Shown in pieces: positions 9,614 to 18,216 of a stretch of 19,845 nucleotides of DNA. Origin of the DNA: a virus (Duplodnaviria; Heunggongvirae; Uroviricota; Caudoviricetes); the IMG/VR virus record IMGVR_UViG_3300031998_000043; one strand, 5' to 3'. Under the pieces are notes generated by a model. That model saw nothing but the letters and a program-made list of their open reading frames with translations. It was not told where the DNA came from and searched no databases. The position numbers were made by a program, and so were the translations under genes. The stretch's first letter is position 1; each line of letters opens with the position of its first letter.

Positions 9614-10399
9614 ATGAAAATCGTTCGTAAGTTGTCTACCGTAAACTCTGAAACCGCAGAAGAAGCTAAAGTGGCTCCTGAGGCAGCAGCTAAGGTAGAA
9701 GAAGAAGTAGCTATTGAAGTACATAGTGGCACGGAAGAAACTGCGCCCGCCGAAGAAGAGAAGAAAGAGGCCAAGGCAGAAGCCAAGGAAGCTGTGAAGG
9801 TAGCTGAAGCTCCTAAGCCGCTTACTGAAGCTGAAGCCAAGGCAGAAGCTGCTCCTAAGAAAAAGAAAGCAAAAGCAGTTGTGGCGGAAGCCCTTGCTGC
9901 AAAGGCTAATAAGCCTGTTATTAAGAAAGTCTGGGATGAAGAAGAAACCAGTGCTGATCTTGCAAAGAAACTTTCTGCTGACATCGAGGATGGTGCAGCT
10001 GATGTTGTCGAATTGTTCAAGAAGGCATTTGAAGCTCGTCTCAGCGAATTGAAGAACGATGAATCTATTGTGTTCTGCGGAATCAAGTTTACTAAGACTC
10101 GTGTGAACGCCAAGTTTAATAGCTTCAACAGACCGAACCAGCTGGTCTACTATACGACTGCATACGAAATGATCGATGCAAAGCGTAATGGCGATCGTAC
10201 TACGATCTCTGCAGTTGGCGATAAGGCTAGCAAGACGTTGAAGCCGCCGTTCTGCATTAAGAACGACAAGGACGAATGGGTTGACTACAAGGGTGATCTC
10301 ATCAAGGAAGCTACGGATGCATATCCGGAATTCTGCGATCGTTCCGAAGCAGTTAACCAGAAGAATCTCGCTGATGCTCAGAGGAGAATCGGCAAGTAA
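9614..10399 (+). CDS. Protein with an Ala/Glu/Lys-rich N-terminal tail and a possible HU/IHF-like DNA-binding domain (261 aa)
   Basis: Start moved to ATG 9614 (RBS AAGGA). The segment DLAKKLSADIEDGAADVVELFKKAFEARLSELKNDESIVFCGIKFTKTRVNAKFNSFNRP follows the HU pattern (helix-helix, L.xGE.V.L.G...F....R.AR..NP) but is divergent. The CDS itself is solid; the HU call is tentative. Confidence 0.5.
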   Translation: MKIVRKLSTVNSETAEEAKVAPEAAAKVEEEVAIEVHSGTEETAPAEEEKKEAKAEAKEAVKVAEAPKPLTEAEAKAEAAPKKKKAKAVVAEALAAKANKPVIKKVWDEEETSADLAKKLSADIEDGAADVVELFKKAFEARLSELKNDESIVFCGIKFTKTRVNAKFNSFNRPNQLVYYTTAYEMIDAKRNGDRTTISAVGDKASKTLKPPFCIKNDKDEWVDYKGDLIKEATDAYPEFCDRSEAVNQKNLADAQRRIGK

Positions 10400-10427
10400 G
10401 GCAGACTGTCGAAGTTAGGAGTTAGAG

Positions 10428-10469
10428 AAAAAGATATCCCAAGACCCTATGTCTTGGGATATTCTTTTT
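10428..10469. terminator. Bidirectional intrinsic terminator
   Basis: 12-bp stem ATATCCCAAGAC-cctat-GTCTTGGGATAT (10434-10462) with A- and T-runs on either side, between convergent genes. Confidence 0.85.
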
Positions 10470-10914
10470 ATTCTTGCACCTTGTCGGGATGATGTTTGAC
10501 CTCGGCGGCCACCAAAGAAGCTTCTTTGATCCTCTGATGCGGTCTGGATGTAAATCCAGAAGCAACACGTTCCTCGACCACACGCTTTTCGTAGTCTTTA
10601 CGGTATTTGGTCTTGCCAAGAGCAAAGAACTGCATATTATTTATGTCAGCCAAAGAGACATATGTGTGAAGCCAATAACGTTGCGTGTAGGTATCGTCAG
10701 CAGGTTCAAAAGCTAAAGTTTCAGAGCCTTCATCATAGTCGAAACAATGAAGGACGTGACCAACAGAATGGTCTTCCTGATAGTTGAAATCGGTATTGAT
10801 TTCCAACTGGTTTGTCTTATTAAGGAACGAGACACCGTACTTATTGATAAACTCAGGAACGGAACCCGAAAATCCATACTTCGACATTATAAATTTCAGA
10901 GCAGCATCTGTCAT
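10468..10914 (-). CDS. Hypothetical protein (148 aa)
   Basis: ORF with RBS GAGG and TATATAA(T) at 10931-10937 upstream. Confidence 0.8.
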   Translation of the reverse strand: MTDAALKFIMSKYGFSGSVPEFINKYGVSFLNKTNQLEINTDFNYQEDHSVGHVLHCFDYDEGSETLAFEPADDTYTQRYWLHTYVSLADINNMQFFALGKTKYRKDYEKRVVEERVASGFTSRPHQRIKEASLVAAEVKHHPDKVQE

Positions 10915-10930
10915 ATCTTACCTCTTTTCA

Positions 10931-10937
10931 TTATATA
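10931..10937 (-). promoter_or_regulatory. TATATAA promoter element
   Basis: AACTATATAATG on the minus strand, 17 nt upstream of ATG 10914. Confidence 0.5.
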
Positions 10938-10955
10938 GTTACGCAGAGGAATAGA

Positions 10956-11423
10956 GTGATTAATCTTCTTAAAAGAATTCGCATAGCATCAGAGAAGGGT
11001 CATTGTATATCTGTAAAGATAGATCCCAAGAATACAACACAAGAATTTTTAGATGCTATTGATGATGAAGCCATTGACACGATTCTGTTCAGAGATTGGT
11101 ATTTTACCCTCATCAAAGGAAATGAACGAAGAGAGGGTAATCTGTCGTACCTAAAGCTCTGGCATCATGGAATATCTAGAGAAAAGGCGGAACGCTTCCT
11201 AGATTTATATGGAATGATCCATTGCCTAGATGCCATAAAAGCTTTAAGAGAAGACGCTAAAATTTCATTAAGCGTTATACGGAAACTTAATCCTCCCAAG
11301 CTATTCAACCCAATTAAAGACTGGATGGGAATTGCTAGTGATTATGGAGAGGATTTCAGCGTGACGACTTTTAGAAATAAAATTTCTGACGAAGTCGAAA
11401 TAGTTGTATCGCACAACAAATAA
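10956..11423 (+). CDS. Hypothetical protein (155 aa, GTG start)
   Basis: RBS GAGGA upstream; followed directly by a terminator. Confidence 0.7.
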   Translation: MINLLKRIRIASEKGHCISVKIDPKNTTQEFLDAIDDEAIDTILFRDWYFTLIKGNERREGNLSYLKLWHHGISREKAERFLDLYGMIHCLDAIKALREDAKISLSVIRKLNPPKLFNPIKDWMGIASDYGEDFSVTTFRNKISDEVEIVVSHNK

Positions 11424-11453
11424 GGGGAATGGGCTATTCCCCTTTTATTTTTT
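11422..11453 (+). terminator. Intrinsic terminator
   Basis: AAGGGGAAT-gggct-ATTCCCCTT followed by TTATTTTTT. Confidence 0.85.
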
Positions 11454-11495
11454 CATTGGTGGAACTTATGATTGAAGTTTTCAAAAGGGCTATTT

Positions 11496-14060
11496 ATGAA
11501 TGATACAAACTTAGAAACATCGCTAAAGAAGGCGAATGATAAGATTGAACGAAACTTGTACGGGTTCAATCTGTCCGACTTCTCTGCGAACCTAGATTCT
11601 ATTAATGAACTTGCCCAAAAGTCTCTTAAGACGATCAACAGTCTTAAGGTTACTGGAGACCAGCCCGATCTCATTGAGTTCATTGATAGAGAATTCTACA
11701 ACAGCAAGGCTGGACGTATAGGTAAGGGTTGGGGCATTAATGTTCCCAACAATGGATCTGTTAGAGCTAAGAATTACGAAAATACTCTATTATCCGATCT
11801 TGAATCTGGTAAGATTGATCTTGCCGGAGAAGATGCTAATTCTGTATCTAGACAAGCTAGATATAGATCGATTGATAGCGTGTGTTCCTTGATTCCTCAG
11901 TTGATGAGAATCCTGCATATCTATCGTGACTCTATCATGTCTCCGAATGCTTTTTCTGAACTTTCAGAAACTGATGGTCTCACCTTTGACGTTAAGCAGA
12001 CTGGTGAACATGAAGCAACCAACTTCCAAGTTCTTGATACCTTGTTAAATCTAAATAAGGAATATAAGGTTTCTGACGAAGTTGCTCCTAAGGCTTGTTC
12101 TGACCTTTTGAAATATGGTGACGGTTACGTTTGTGTTCTTGATTATGAGAAAGAAGTAAACAGACTTCTGCACATGGCAGATGATACTCCTCATGGACTG
12201 GCTCATGAAGCCTTCCTTGATAGAAGTAGTGAGGGAATGCTTGCTGCCAATGAAGCAAAGTCCTTGAACAACATTGTTAAGTCTTTGATTGATGAAGAGT
12301 ATGATGCATTTAAGTCTTTGAACCCTTCTTCTAAAGAAAAGAAACCTGAGTTTAAGGATCTATCTGCTCTCGAATGGTCTAATGAGATTGATAAGTTCCT
12401 TAATGTAGAATATACTACAAGTCTAATGAGTCTCTTCCCTGAAGAGAAGATGCTTCTTGATGACCTCATTGATTCGGGTTCTCTCAAGAGTGGCAAGGAT
12501 ATTATGCTTGCTGCCAGAGAAGCATTTAATTCTGAAGAAAACACCGGTCTTGTAATTGATGGATCTATTGTAAAGGTTCTGGATCCTAAGAAGGTCGTGA
12601 TTGTTGAGATCGCAGGTAAGGAACTTGGATATTATTTCCTGTCTGCTGAATTTGATGATGCTCGAATTGATGCTCTTGACTACAATCCTCAAGGATGTCC
12701 GGCATGTGATCTGACTTATACTAGTGATCGTATGTATTCCTTTATCACCCATATGGGTAATAGCCCGGTGAATAAGGAAACTAGAGCTAGCATTATTGCT
12801 GATCTTTGTCTTAAGAGACTTTCCAAGAAGATTGACAGAAAGTTTATCGCAAAGAACAAAGAGTTCAAGGACTTCATTTTTTCTATCCTTAGAGCAAAAA
12901 AGAGACTGAATAAGGTTACAGTGACCTTTATTCCGGCATCCAATCTTGTTCACTTCAAGAGAGGAAACGGAACCTACGGTGAATCTGTTCTTGACAGTGT
13001 TCTTTACTTTGCCAAACTCTACGTACTTTCTATGCTCTCCGCCCTGATGCAGCAAATCATCATGGGTAAGGATAAACAGATCTTCTACGTTGACACTGGT
13101 CTTGATGAAGATTCTGAAGGAGCGATCCAGAAGTTCATTATGGACTTCAGATCTAAGGAAGTGACCGTAGATGACTTCTCAGATGTCACTAATATTATGA
13201 ACCGTGTTACGAAGAGTAACTCTATGTTCATTCCTATGGTGGACGGAAAGAAGGCTGTAGAATTTGACAATTATGCTGGACAGCAAGCTGAATTTAATAA
13301 TGACTTCTTGCAAGACTTGCTTAAGTCTATTATTAGCGGTACAGGCATTCCTACTGCATGGCTTGATAGTGGTATGAGCGATATTGAATTCGCCACGCAG
13401 CTTGTACAGCAGAATGGTAACGTTCTTAGAACTGTGACAATGTACCAGAGAGTCATGAACAATGGTATTACCAGATTGTTCCAGCTTCTCTATAAACATC
13501 AGAAGATTGGTAAGGATACAGAGAATCAAGATAATATTCCTGAATTCTTCATTCATTATCCTGAACCTGTGACCCTTGATAGCAAGGTTGCTGAAGAGTC
13601 TATTTCTAAAGCTCAGTCTATTGCTGATTTCATTATCAATACCCTTATTGGTGAGAATCCGAATGATCGTGATAATCTTGCCAAGGAAGTTCTTAAGAGA
13701 GAACTTACTAAGAAATACTCTGCCGGTATTGACTGGGAAGAAGCAGAAGAACTGCTTAAGAAAGCCAGAGAAGAGACTCAGGAAACTGCTCTCCGTGATG
13801 AAGCCATTGACAAGAAGGCTGAAGAGACTCACGATGAAGAAGCAGAAAAGCATCCTGAAGAGGCCAAGAAACAGGAAGAAGAAAAGCAGGAAGAGGAAGG
13901 TGGAAACCAAGCCAATCCTGAAAACCCTGAAGAGGAAGAAGAAACTTCAGAAGAAAATGAAAAGTCTTCTGCTGCAGAGAAACCTAAGAAGGGAGAAGAA
14001 AATGAGGAAGAGGAAGAATCTGAAGGTGGTTCACCTGAAGAGGATTTCTTTAACTCCTAA
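11496..14060 (+). CDS. Portal protein, T4 gp20-like, in an enlarged jumbo-phage form (854 aa) with an acidic C-terminal tail
   Basis: KDKQIFYVDTGLDED...FIPMVDGKKAVEFDNYAGQ...LQDLLKSIISGTGIPTAWL parallels the T4 gp20 core as I recall it (RRVWYVDTG...WLQRRDGKAVTEVDTLPG...LYMALRVP). The N-terminal IPQLMRILHIYRDSIMSP segment is typical of large-phage portals. Start moved from TTG 11472 to ATG 11496. Confidence 0.85.
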   Translation: MNDTNLETSLKKANDKIERNLYGFNLSDFSANLDSINELAQKSLKTINSLKVTGDQPDLIEFIDREFYNSKAGRIGKGWGINVPNNGSVRAKNYENTLLSDLESGKIDLAGEDANSVSRQARYRSIDSVCSLIPQLMRILHIYRDSIMSPNAFSELSETDGLTFDVKQTGEHEATNFQVLDTLLNLNKEYKVSDEVAPKACSDLLKYGDGYVCVLDYEKEVNRLLHMADDTPHGLAHEAFLDRSSEGMLAANEAKSLNNIVKSLIDEEYDAFKSLNPSSKEKKPEFKDLSALEWSNEIDKFLNVEYTTSLMSLFPEEKMLLDDLIDSGSLKSGKDIMLAAREAFNSEENTGLVIDGSIVKVLDPKKVVIVEIAGKELGYYFLSAEFDDARIDALDYNPQGCPACDLTYTSDRMYSFITHMGNSPVNKETRASIIADLCLKRLSKKIDRKFIAKNKEFKDFIFSILRAKKRLNKVTVTFIPASNLVHFKRGNGTYGESVLDSVLYFAKLYVLSMLSALMQQIIMGKDKQIFYVDTGLDEDSEGAIQKFIMDFRSKEVTVDDFSDVTNIMNRVTKSNSMFIPMVDGKKAVEFDNYAGQQAEFNNDFLQDLLKSIISGTGIPTAWLDSGMSDIEFATQLVQQNGNVLRTVTMYQRVMNNGITRLFQLLYKHQKIGKDTENQDNIPEFFIHYPEPVTLDSKVAEESISKAQSIADFIINTLIGENPNDRDNLAKEVLKRELTKKYSAGIDWEEAEELLKKAREETQETALRDEAIDKKAEETHDEEAEKHPEEAKKQEEEKQEEEGGNQANPENPEEEEETSEENEKSSAAEKPKKGEENEEEEESEGGSPEEDFFNS

Positions 14061-14067
14061 AACCAAG

Positions 14068-14097
14068 TGTGGAAAGCTTCGGCTTTCCACATTTTTT
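14068..14097 (+). terminator. Intrinsic terminator of the portal gene
   Basis: TGTGGAAAGC-TTCG-GCTTTCCACA followed by TTTTTT. Confidence 0.92.
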
Positions 14098-14100
14098 AAG

Positions 14101-14133
14101 AAAAAAAGACGGGAACACTCCTGTACCCGTCTT
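14101..14133 (-). terminator. Intrinsic terminator closing ncRNA 1
   Basis: AAGACGGG...CCCGTCTT stem with 7 A on the plus side, giving a U-tract on the minus strand. It sits back-to-back with the portal terminator, and no credible minus-strand gene ends here. Confidence 0.8.
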
Positions 14134-14640
14134 ATAACCCCGTTACCGGAGTTTTGCTAATCCCTATGGGTAGGATCCCTATTGTCTGGAGCTATTCTAC
14201 GATGTGGGTATCGCACATTAGTAGTGAACAGGGCAAGTTAATGCCTTGTTATGCCCGTGCTTTGTCGTACCGGCATCCGAGGACATTTGAGTGTCCAGTC
14301 TCCAGATCCACGGAGAGGATCCATTTTTTGCGGTGGCGTGTCTCATCCACTGGCCCCACGTCGCGGGATTCTTCTAGACAGTACCATTTCAGCTTGCGCA
14401 TCGGCTTACTTAGATACAAACCAGCCTCTTCGCCTCGTCCATAGTTTGCAAGACCACGGCGGCTCTTCTGGTTCCGTTGAGTGCTCACCACTGAGGATAG
14501 CTTCTCCTCAAAGGCTTCTCGCTCCATTTTACGGCTTTGTCCCAACGGCGACTCAGCACAACCCCTACGCTACGAGTATGTATACGTAGAGGACACCTCC
14601 TAAGATATTTGATCTTAACATCGAGGAGATTAGGTCAAAA
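14101..14640 (-). ncRNA. Putative large structured ncRNA 1 (~540 nt), family unassigned
   Basis: Locally GC-enriched (a sampled 60-nt line is 53% GC in an AT-rich genome). Bounded by TATATAA and a terminator. The 5' end TTTTG-ac-CTAATCTC (14640-14626) pairs with GGGATTAG-CAAAA (14164-14152). Many hairpins (TGAGGA/TCCTCA, GGACA/TGTCC, ATGTG/CACAT, AACTCCG-GTAA-CGGGGTT with a GNRA loop). Shares motifs with ncRNA 2. Confidence 0.75.
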
Positions 14641-14642
14641 AG

Positions 14643-14649
14643 TTATATA
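14643..14649 (-). promoter_or_regulatory. TATATAA promoter element for ncRNA 1
   Basis: GATTGTATATAACT on the minus strand, immediately before the 5' strand of the closing helix. Confidence 0.55.
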
Positions 14650-14701
14650 CAATCATCATATCACTTTTTACATAAACTCAATAATGAACTTGAGAGGAAA
14701 T

Positions 14702-15160
14702 ATGAAGAAAGTGGATGAAATTGTAGCACTAGAGGATCGTTGCAACGAGCTATTTTCTATGCTCCCGGCAGATGAAGTTGCTAGCGCTAATGGTGTTATT
14801 GATAGACTTCTTTATATGGACTATGGAAAGATGGTTAAGCATTTTAAGAGCCGTATAGAAGTTACCGATGATAAGAAGGCTCTGCAGAATCTTAAAGACG
14901 ATATCCAAGATGTGCTTACTAATATGCAGGATATAGTCAAGGGTAAGACTAATAAGGCTACTGCAATTAGAAGTATCATTACAGCATTAGTAAGTGCAGG
15001 TCTATTTGCTATTCCGTTTGTTGGTATTGCTTCTATGACTGCCTTTATTGTAAAACGCACTAAAGATATGGATGAAATTAGAAAGAAGCTGAGTGCCCAG
15101 ATTCCGGGAATGCAGCAAATTCTAACAACTGTTAAACAAAAAATCGAGAGGATCAAATGA
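14702..15160 (+). CDS. Hypothetical helical protein with one long hydrophobic segment (152 aa)
   Basis: Start moved from 14537 to ATG 14702 (RBS GAGAGG). Hydrophobic stretch IITALVSAGLFAIPFVGIASMTAFIV lies between coiled-coil-like helices. Confidence 0.75.
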   Translation: MKKVDEIVALEDRCNELFSMLPADEVASANGVIDRLLYMDYGKMVKHFKSRIEVTDDKKALQNLKDDIQDVLTNMQDIVKGKTNKATAIRSIITALVSAGLFAIPFVGIASMTAFIVKRTKDMDEIRKKLSAQIPGMQQILTTVKQKIERIK

Positions 15161-15702
15161 TTAAAGATTACTATGCCGGAAAAGATTTCTATAGTGGAAT
15201 TTTTAATACGGATGAAGAACCGCCCAAAGGAAAGGAAACAGAGCTTCAATCTGAAGATCCTGAAGGTGTTGTGAAAGAAAATGATGGTACTACAAAGAAA
15301 GCAGTGCCGAAGCTCGATGTTCGTTATAGAATTGAGAATTACGAAAAGATGATCAAGGAAGCTACTTCCGAAAGTACTCTTAAGAAGATCATTTATAGTC
15401 TTGAAAAGGATATCCAGAGTCTTGAAAAGACTTCTGACGAGATGGGTACCGATCCTAGCGATGATGACAATGATAACTGGAAGAAGAATGAGGAAGAACA
15501 AGCTAAGAGCTTCTGGCCTAAGACTTCTGATTCTAATAAAATTAAGACTCTTATGCCTAAGACCGATAAGGAAGGGCATACTATTGAGAAAGATGATAGC
15601 GAGACTAAGGACGAGAAGTCTTTTAAGACGTTTGATTATCTTCCCGAATACCAAGCCTTGCTCGTAAAGGCCAAAGAAAAGCTCAAAAAGATGACTTCGT
15701 AA
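15157..15702 (+). CDS. Hypothetical highly charged (D/E/K-rich) protein (181 aa)
   Basis: ATGA overlap with the upstream gene; followed by a terminator. Confidence 0.8.
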   Translation: MIKDYYAGKDFYSGIFNTDEEPPKGKETELQSEDPEGVVKENDGTTKKAVPKLDVRYRIENYEKMIKEATSESTLKKIIYSLEKDIQSLEKTSDEMGTDPSDDDNDNWKKNEEEQAKSFWPKTSDSNKIKTLMPKTDKEGHTIEKDDSETKDEKSFKTFDYLPEYQALLVKAKEKLKKMTS

Positions 15703-15709
15703 ATCAACA

Positions 15710-15738
15710 TTCCGTACCTTCGGGTACGGAAAATTTTT
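15710..15738 (+). terminator. Intrinsic terminator
   Basis: TTCCGTACC-TTCG-GGTACGGAA followed by AATTTTT. Confidence 0.85.
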
Positions 15739-15942
15739 AAAACTTTCTATTGTGGAGAATTTCACACATGAATCTTCTAATATTAAAGCCGTTATTACGC
15801 TAATACGAAAATTCAGTTTGAATTATTCAGACGAGTTTAGGTATTAGCATATACTTTCTCGTTTGATTCCACAATCGTTCTAACTTTACTTTGGAAACAG
15901 GCTCCACAAGCCGCATAGTAAAAATTGAAATGGAGACAAATG

Positions 15943-18216
15943 ATGATCACAGAGATCGAAAAAAGAGATGGTAGAGTTGTACCGTTTACTGAACAGAAGG
16001 TGTTCAATGCGGTATATAAGTCATTCGCAGAAGTTGCAGCTAAGAATGGCACTACGGTAGATGAGAACAACGTCAAGATCGTTGTTGACGAAGTCGTGAA
16101 GGATATCCAAGATCTTCAAGCAGACCGTCTTCAAATTGACGAAATGCAGTCTATTGTAATTTGTGCTATTAAGGACAAGGGCTTCACGGAAGAATTCGAA
16201 GCATATCGTAACTTCCGTAACCGCCGTAACAGAGCAAGAAATCGTAAGATGCCTCTGTACTCCAAGTTGGCTGATATTACTTTCAGCGACCTCGAAGACT
16301 CTAACATCAAGCGTGAAAATGGTAACATTGATGGAAATTCCGCAATGGGTAAAATGCTTCGGTATGGTTCTGAAGCTGCCAAGGAATTCTTCCTTGATCG
16401 TGTTATTAGCGAAAAGTATTCCAATGCTCATAGAGAAGGGTTTATCCATATTCATGATATGGACTTCTATGGCATTACGACGACATGTACCCAGATTGAC
16501 CTTGTTCAGATGCTCGAAACAGGCTTCAACACTGGTCATGGGTTTGTCCGTCCTCCTAATTCTATTCGTACCGCTGCTGCTCAGACTGCTATTCTTATTC
16601 AGTCTAACCAGAATGACCAGCATGGCGGTCAGTCTATCCCTAACTTTGACTTGGGATTGGCTAAGTATGTAAAGCTTTCTTTCAACAAGATCCTTCGTCA
16701 TGAATTCGAAGATGCCTTGTTTTTGGCTGATGTCAAGGAAGAAGATGTTAAGGCTATGGAGAAGGACTTGTTTGCTGACAAGTATAAATATTCCATGCAG
16801 GATTGCGAAGCTTTCTGTAATGATATTGCCAGTTGTGGTATTGAAAAGTCTGAAGGCGAAAAGCTGTTTAAGCTCTCATTGAAGCGTATCTATGGAAAGA
16901 CTTATCAGGCTATGGAAGCATTGTTGTTCAACCTGAATACGATGCATAGTAGAGCAGGTGCTCAGGTTCCGTTCTCTTCTATTAACTACGGTACGGAAAC
17001 TTCTGAAGAAGCTCGTCTGGTTATCAGGTGTATGCTTGAAGTGACTGACAAGGGTCTTGGTCATGGTGAAACACCGATCTTCCCCATTCAGATTTTCCGT
17101 GTAATGGAAGGTGTGAACTACAATCCGGGCGATCCTAACTATGACTTGTTCAAGCTTGCCATGAAGGTATCTGCTCACAGGTTCTTCCCGAACTGGGAAT
17201 TCCAAGATTCTCCGTTCAATATGCAATACTATGTGCCGGGTAAGCCTGAAACACTTGTTTCCACGATGGGTTGCCGTACCAGAGTTGTTGCAGATGTTAA
17301 TGCTGAAGTTCCGCAGGTGTGGCGTAGAGGTAATCTCTCTTTCACCACTATTAACCTCCCTCGTCTTGCTATCGTTAACAGAGGCAACTGGGCTGGATTC
17401 TATGCGGATCTTGACAAGTATCTGAATCTCTGTAAAGATCAGTTGCTTGAACGCTATGCTCTTCAGTGTAAGCAGAAAGTAAAGAACTTCAAGTTCCTGA
17501 TGGGTCAGCATGTATGGCTTGATTCTGAGAAGCTTGGAATGAATGACACTCTTGAGTCTGTCCTGAAACATGGATCTTTGTCTATTGGTTTCATCGGTCT
17601 GGCTGAAGCTCTGATTCTCATGACTGGTCATCATCATGGCGAGTCTGAAGAAGCTCAGAAAGAAGGTCTTGCCATTGTTAAGCACATGAGAGACTTCTGT
17701 GATAAGTGGACTGAAGAACTGAAGCTGAACTTTACCCTCTTAGCTACTCCGGCTGAAGGATTGTCTGGACGCTTTACTAGGATTGATAAGGCTAAGTTTG
17801 GCGATATTCCGGGAATTACTGATAAGGACTTCTATACAAATTCCTGTCATATTCCTGTAGACTATAAGTGCTCTGCTTTCCATAAGATTCAGGTAGAAGC
17901 TCCGTATCACGCTCTTTGCAATGCAGGTCATATACTCTATGTAAAGATGGATGGTGATGCTACTCAAAATCTCGAAGCCTATGAGAAGATTGTCCGTTGT
18001 ATGCATGATAATCATGTAGGCTACGGAGCAGTCAATATTGATGTAGACTATTGTACTAAGTGCCATAAGAGTGGTATCTTCAATGAAGATAAATGTCCGT
18101 TCTGTGGAAGTACTGAGATTGATCGTATCAGACGTATTACTGGTTATCTTGTTGGCTCTTTGGCTAATTGGAATAATGGTAAGAAGGCTGAATACAAGAT
18201 CAGAGGAAACGTGTAA
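15943..18216 (+). CDS. nrdD: Anaerobic (class III) ribonucleoside-triphosphate reductase, large subunit, with an N-terminal ATP cone
   Basis: ATP-cone start IEKRDGRVVPF, then FIHIHDMDFY, TMGCRT, ATPAEG, Zn-site CTKC...CPFC and glycyl-radical loop RRITGYL. RBS GGAGA favours ATG 15943 (alternative 15940). Confidence 0.97.
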   Translation: MITEIEKRDGRVVPFTEQKVFNAVYKSFAEVAAKNGTTVDENNVKIVVDEVVKDIQDLQADRLQIDEMQSIVICAIKDKGFTEEFEAYRNFRNRRNRARNRKMPLYSKLADITFSDLEDSNIKRENGNIDGNSAMGKMLRYGSEAAKEFFLDRVISEKYSNAHREGFIHIHDMDFYGITTTCTQIDLVQMLETGFNTGHGFVRPPNSIRTAAAQTAILIQSNQNDQHGGQSIPNFDLGLAKYVKLSFNKILRHEFEDALFLADVKEEDVKAMEKDLFADKYKYSMQDCEAFCNDIASCGIEKSEGEKLFKLSLKRIYGKTYQAMEALLFNLNTMHSRAGAQVPFSSINYGTETSEEARLVIRCMLEVTDKGLGHGETPIFPIQIFRVMEGVNYNPGDPNYDLFKLAMKVSAHRFFPNWEFQDSPFNMQYYVPGKPETLVSTMGCRTRVVADVNAEVPQVWRRGNLSFTTINLPRLAIVNRGNWAGFYADLDKYLNLCKDQLLERYALQCKQKVKNFKFLMGQHVWLDSEKLGMNDTLESVLKHGSLSIGFIGLAEALILMTGHHHGESEEAQKEGLAIVKHMRDFCDKWTEELKLNFTLLATPAEGLSGRFTRIDKAKFGDIPGITDKDFYTNSCHIPVDYKCSAFHKIQVEAPYHALCNAGHILYVKMDGDATQNLEAYEKIVRCMHDNHVGYGAVNIDVDYCTKCHKSGIFNEDKCPFCGSTEIDRIRRITGYLVGSLANWNNGKKAEYKIRGNV

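Noticed and set aside
10415-10426. 12-nt perfect complementarity between ncRNA 2 (18287-18298) and the 3' UTR of the HU-like gene
   Set aside because: About one such 12-mer match is expected by chance between 550 nt and both strands of a 20-kb AT-rich window.
14249-14545. 98-aa minus-strand ORF (also plus-strand 14154-14444 and 14251-14589) inside ncRNA 1
   Set aside because: TTG start with no RBS, composition and GC unlike the real genes, and no recognisable motif. It overlaps the conserved pairing motifs that the ORF-free paralogue shares.
14537-14701. N-terminal extension of the 207-aa ORF in the track
   Set aside because: A strong RBS (GAGAGG) lies before ATG 14702. The extension overlaps the 5' end and promoter of ncRNA 1.
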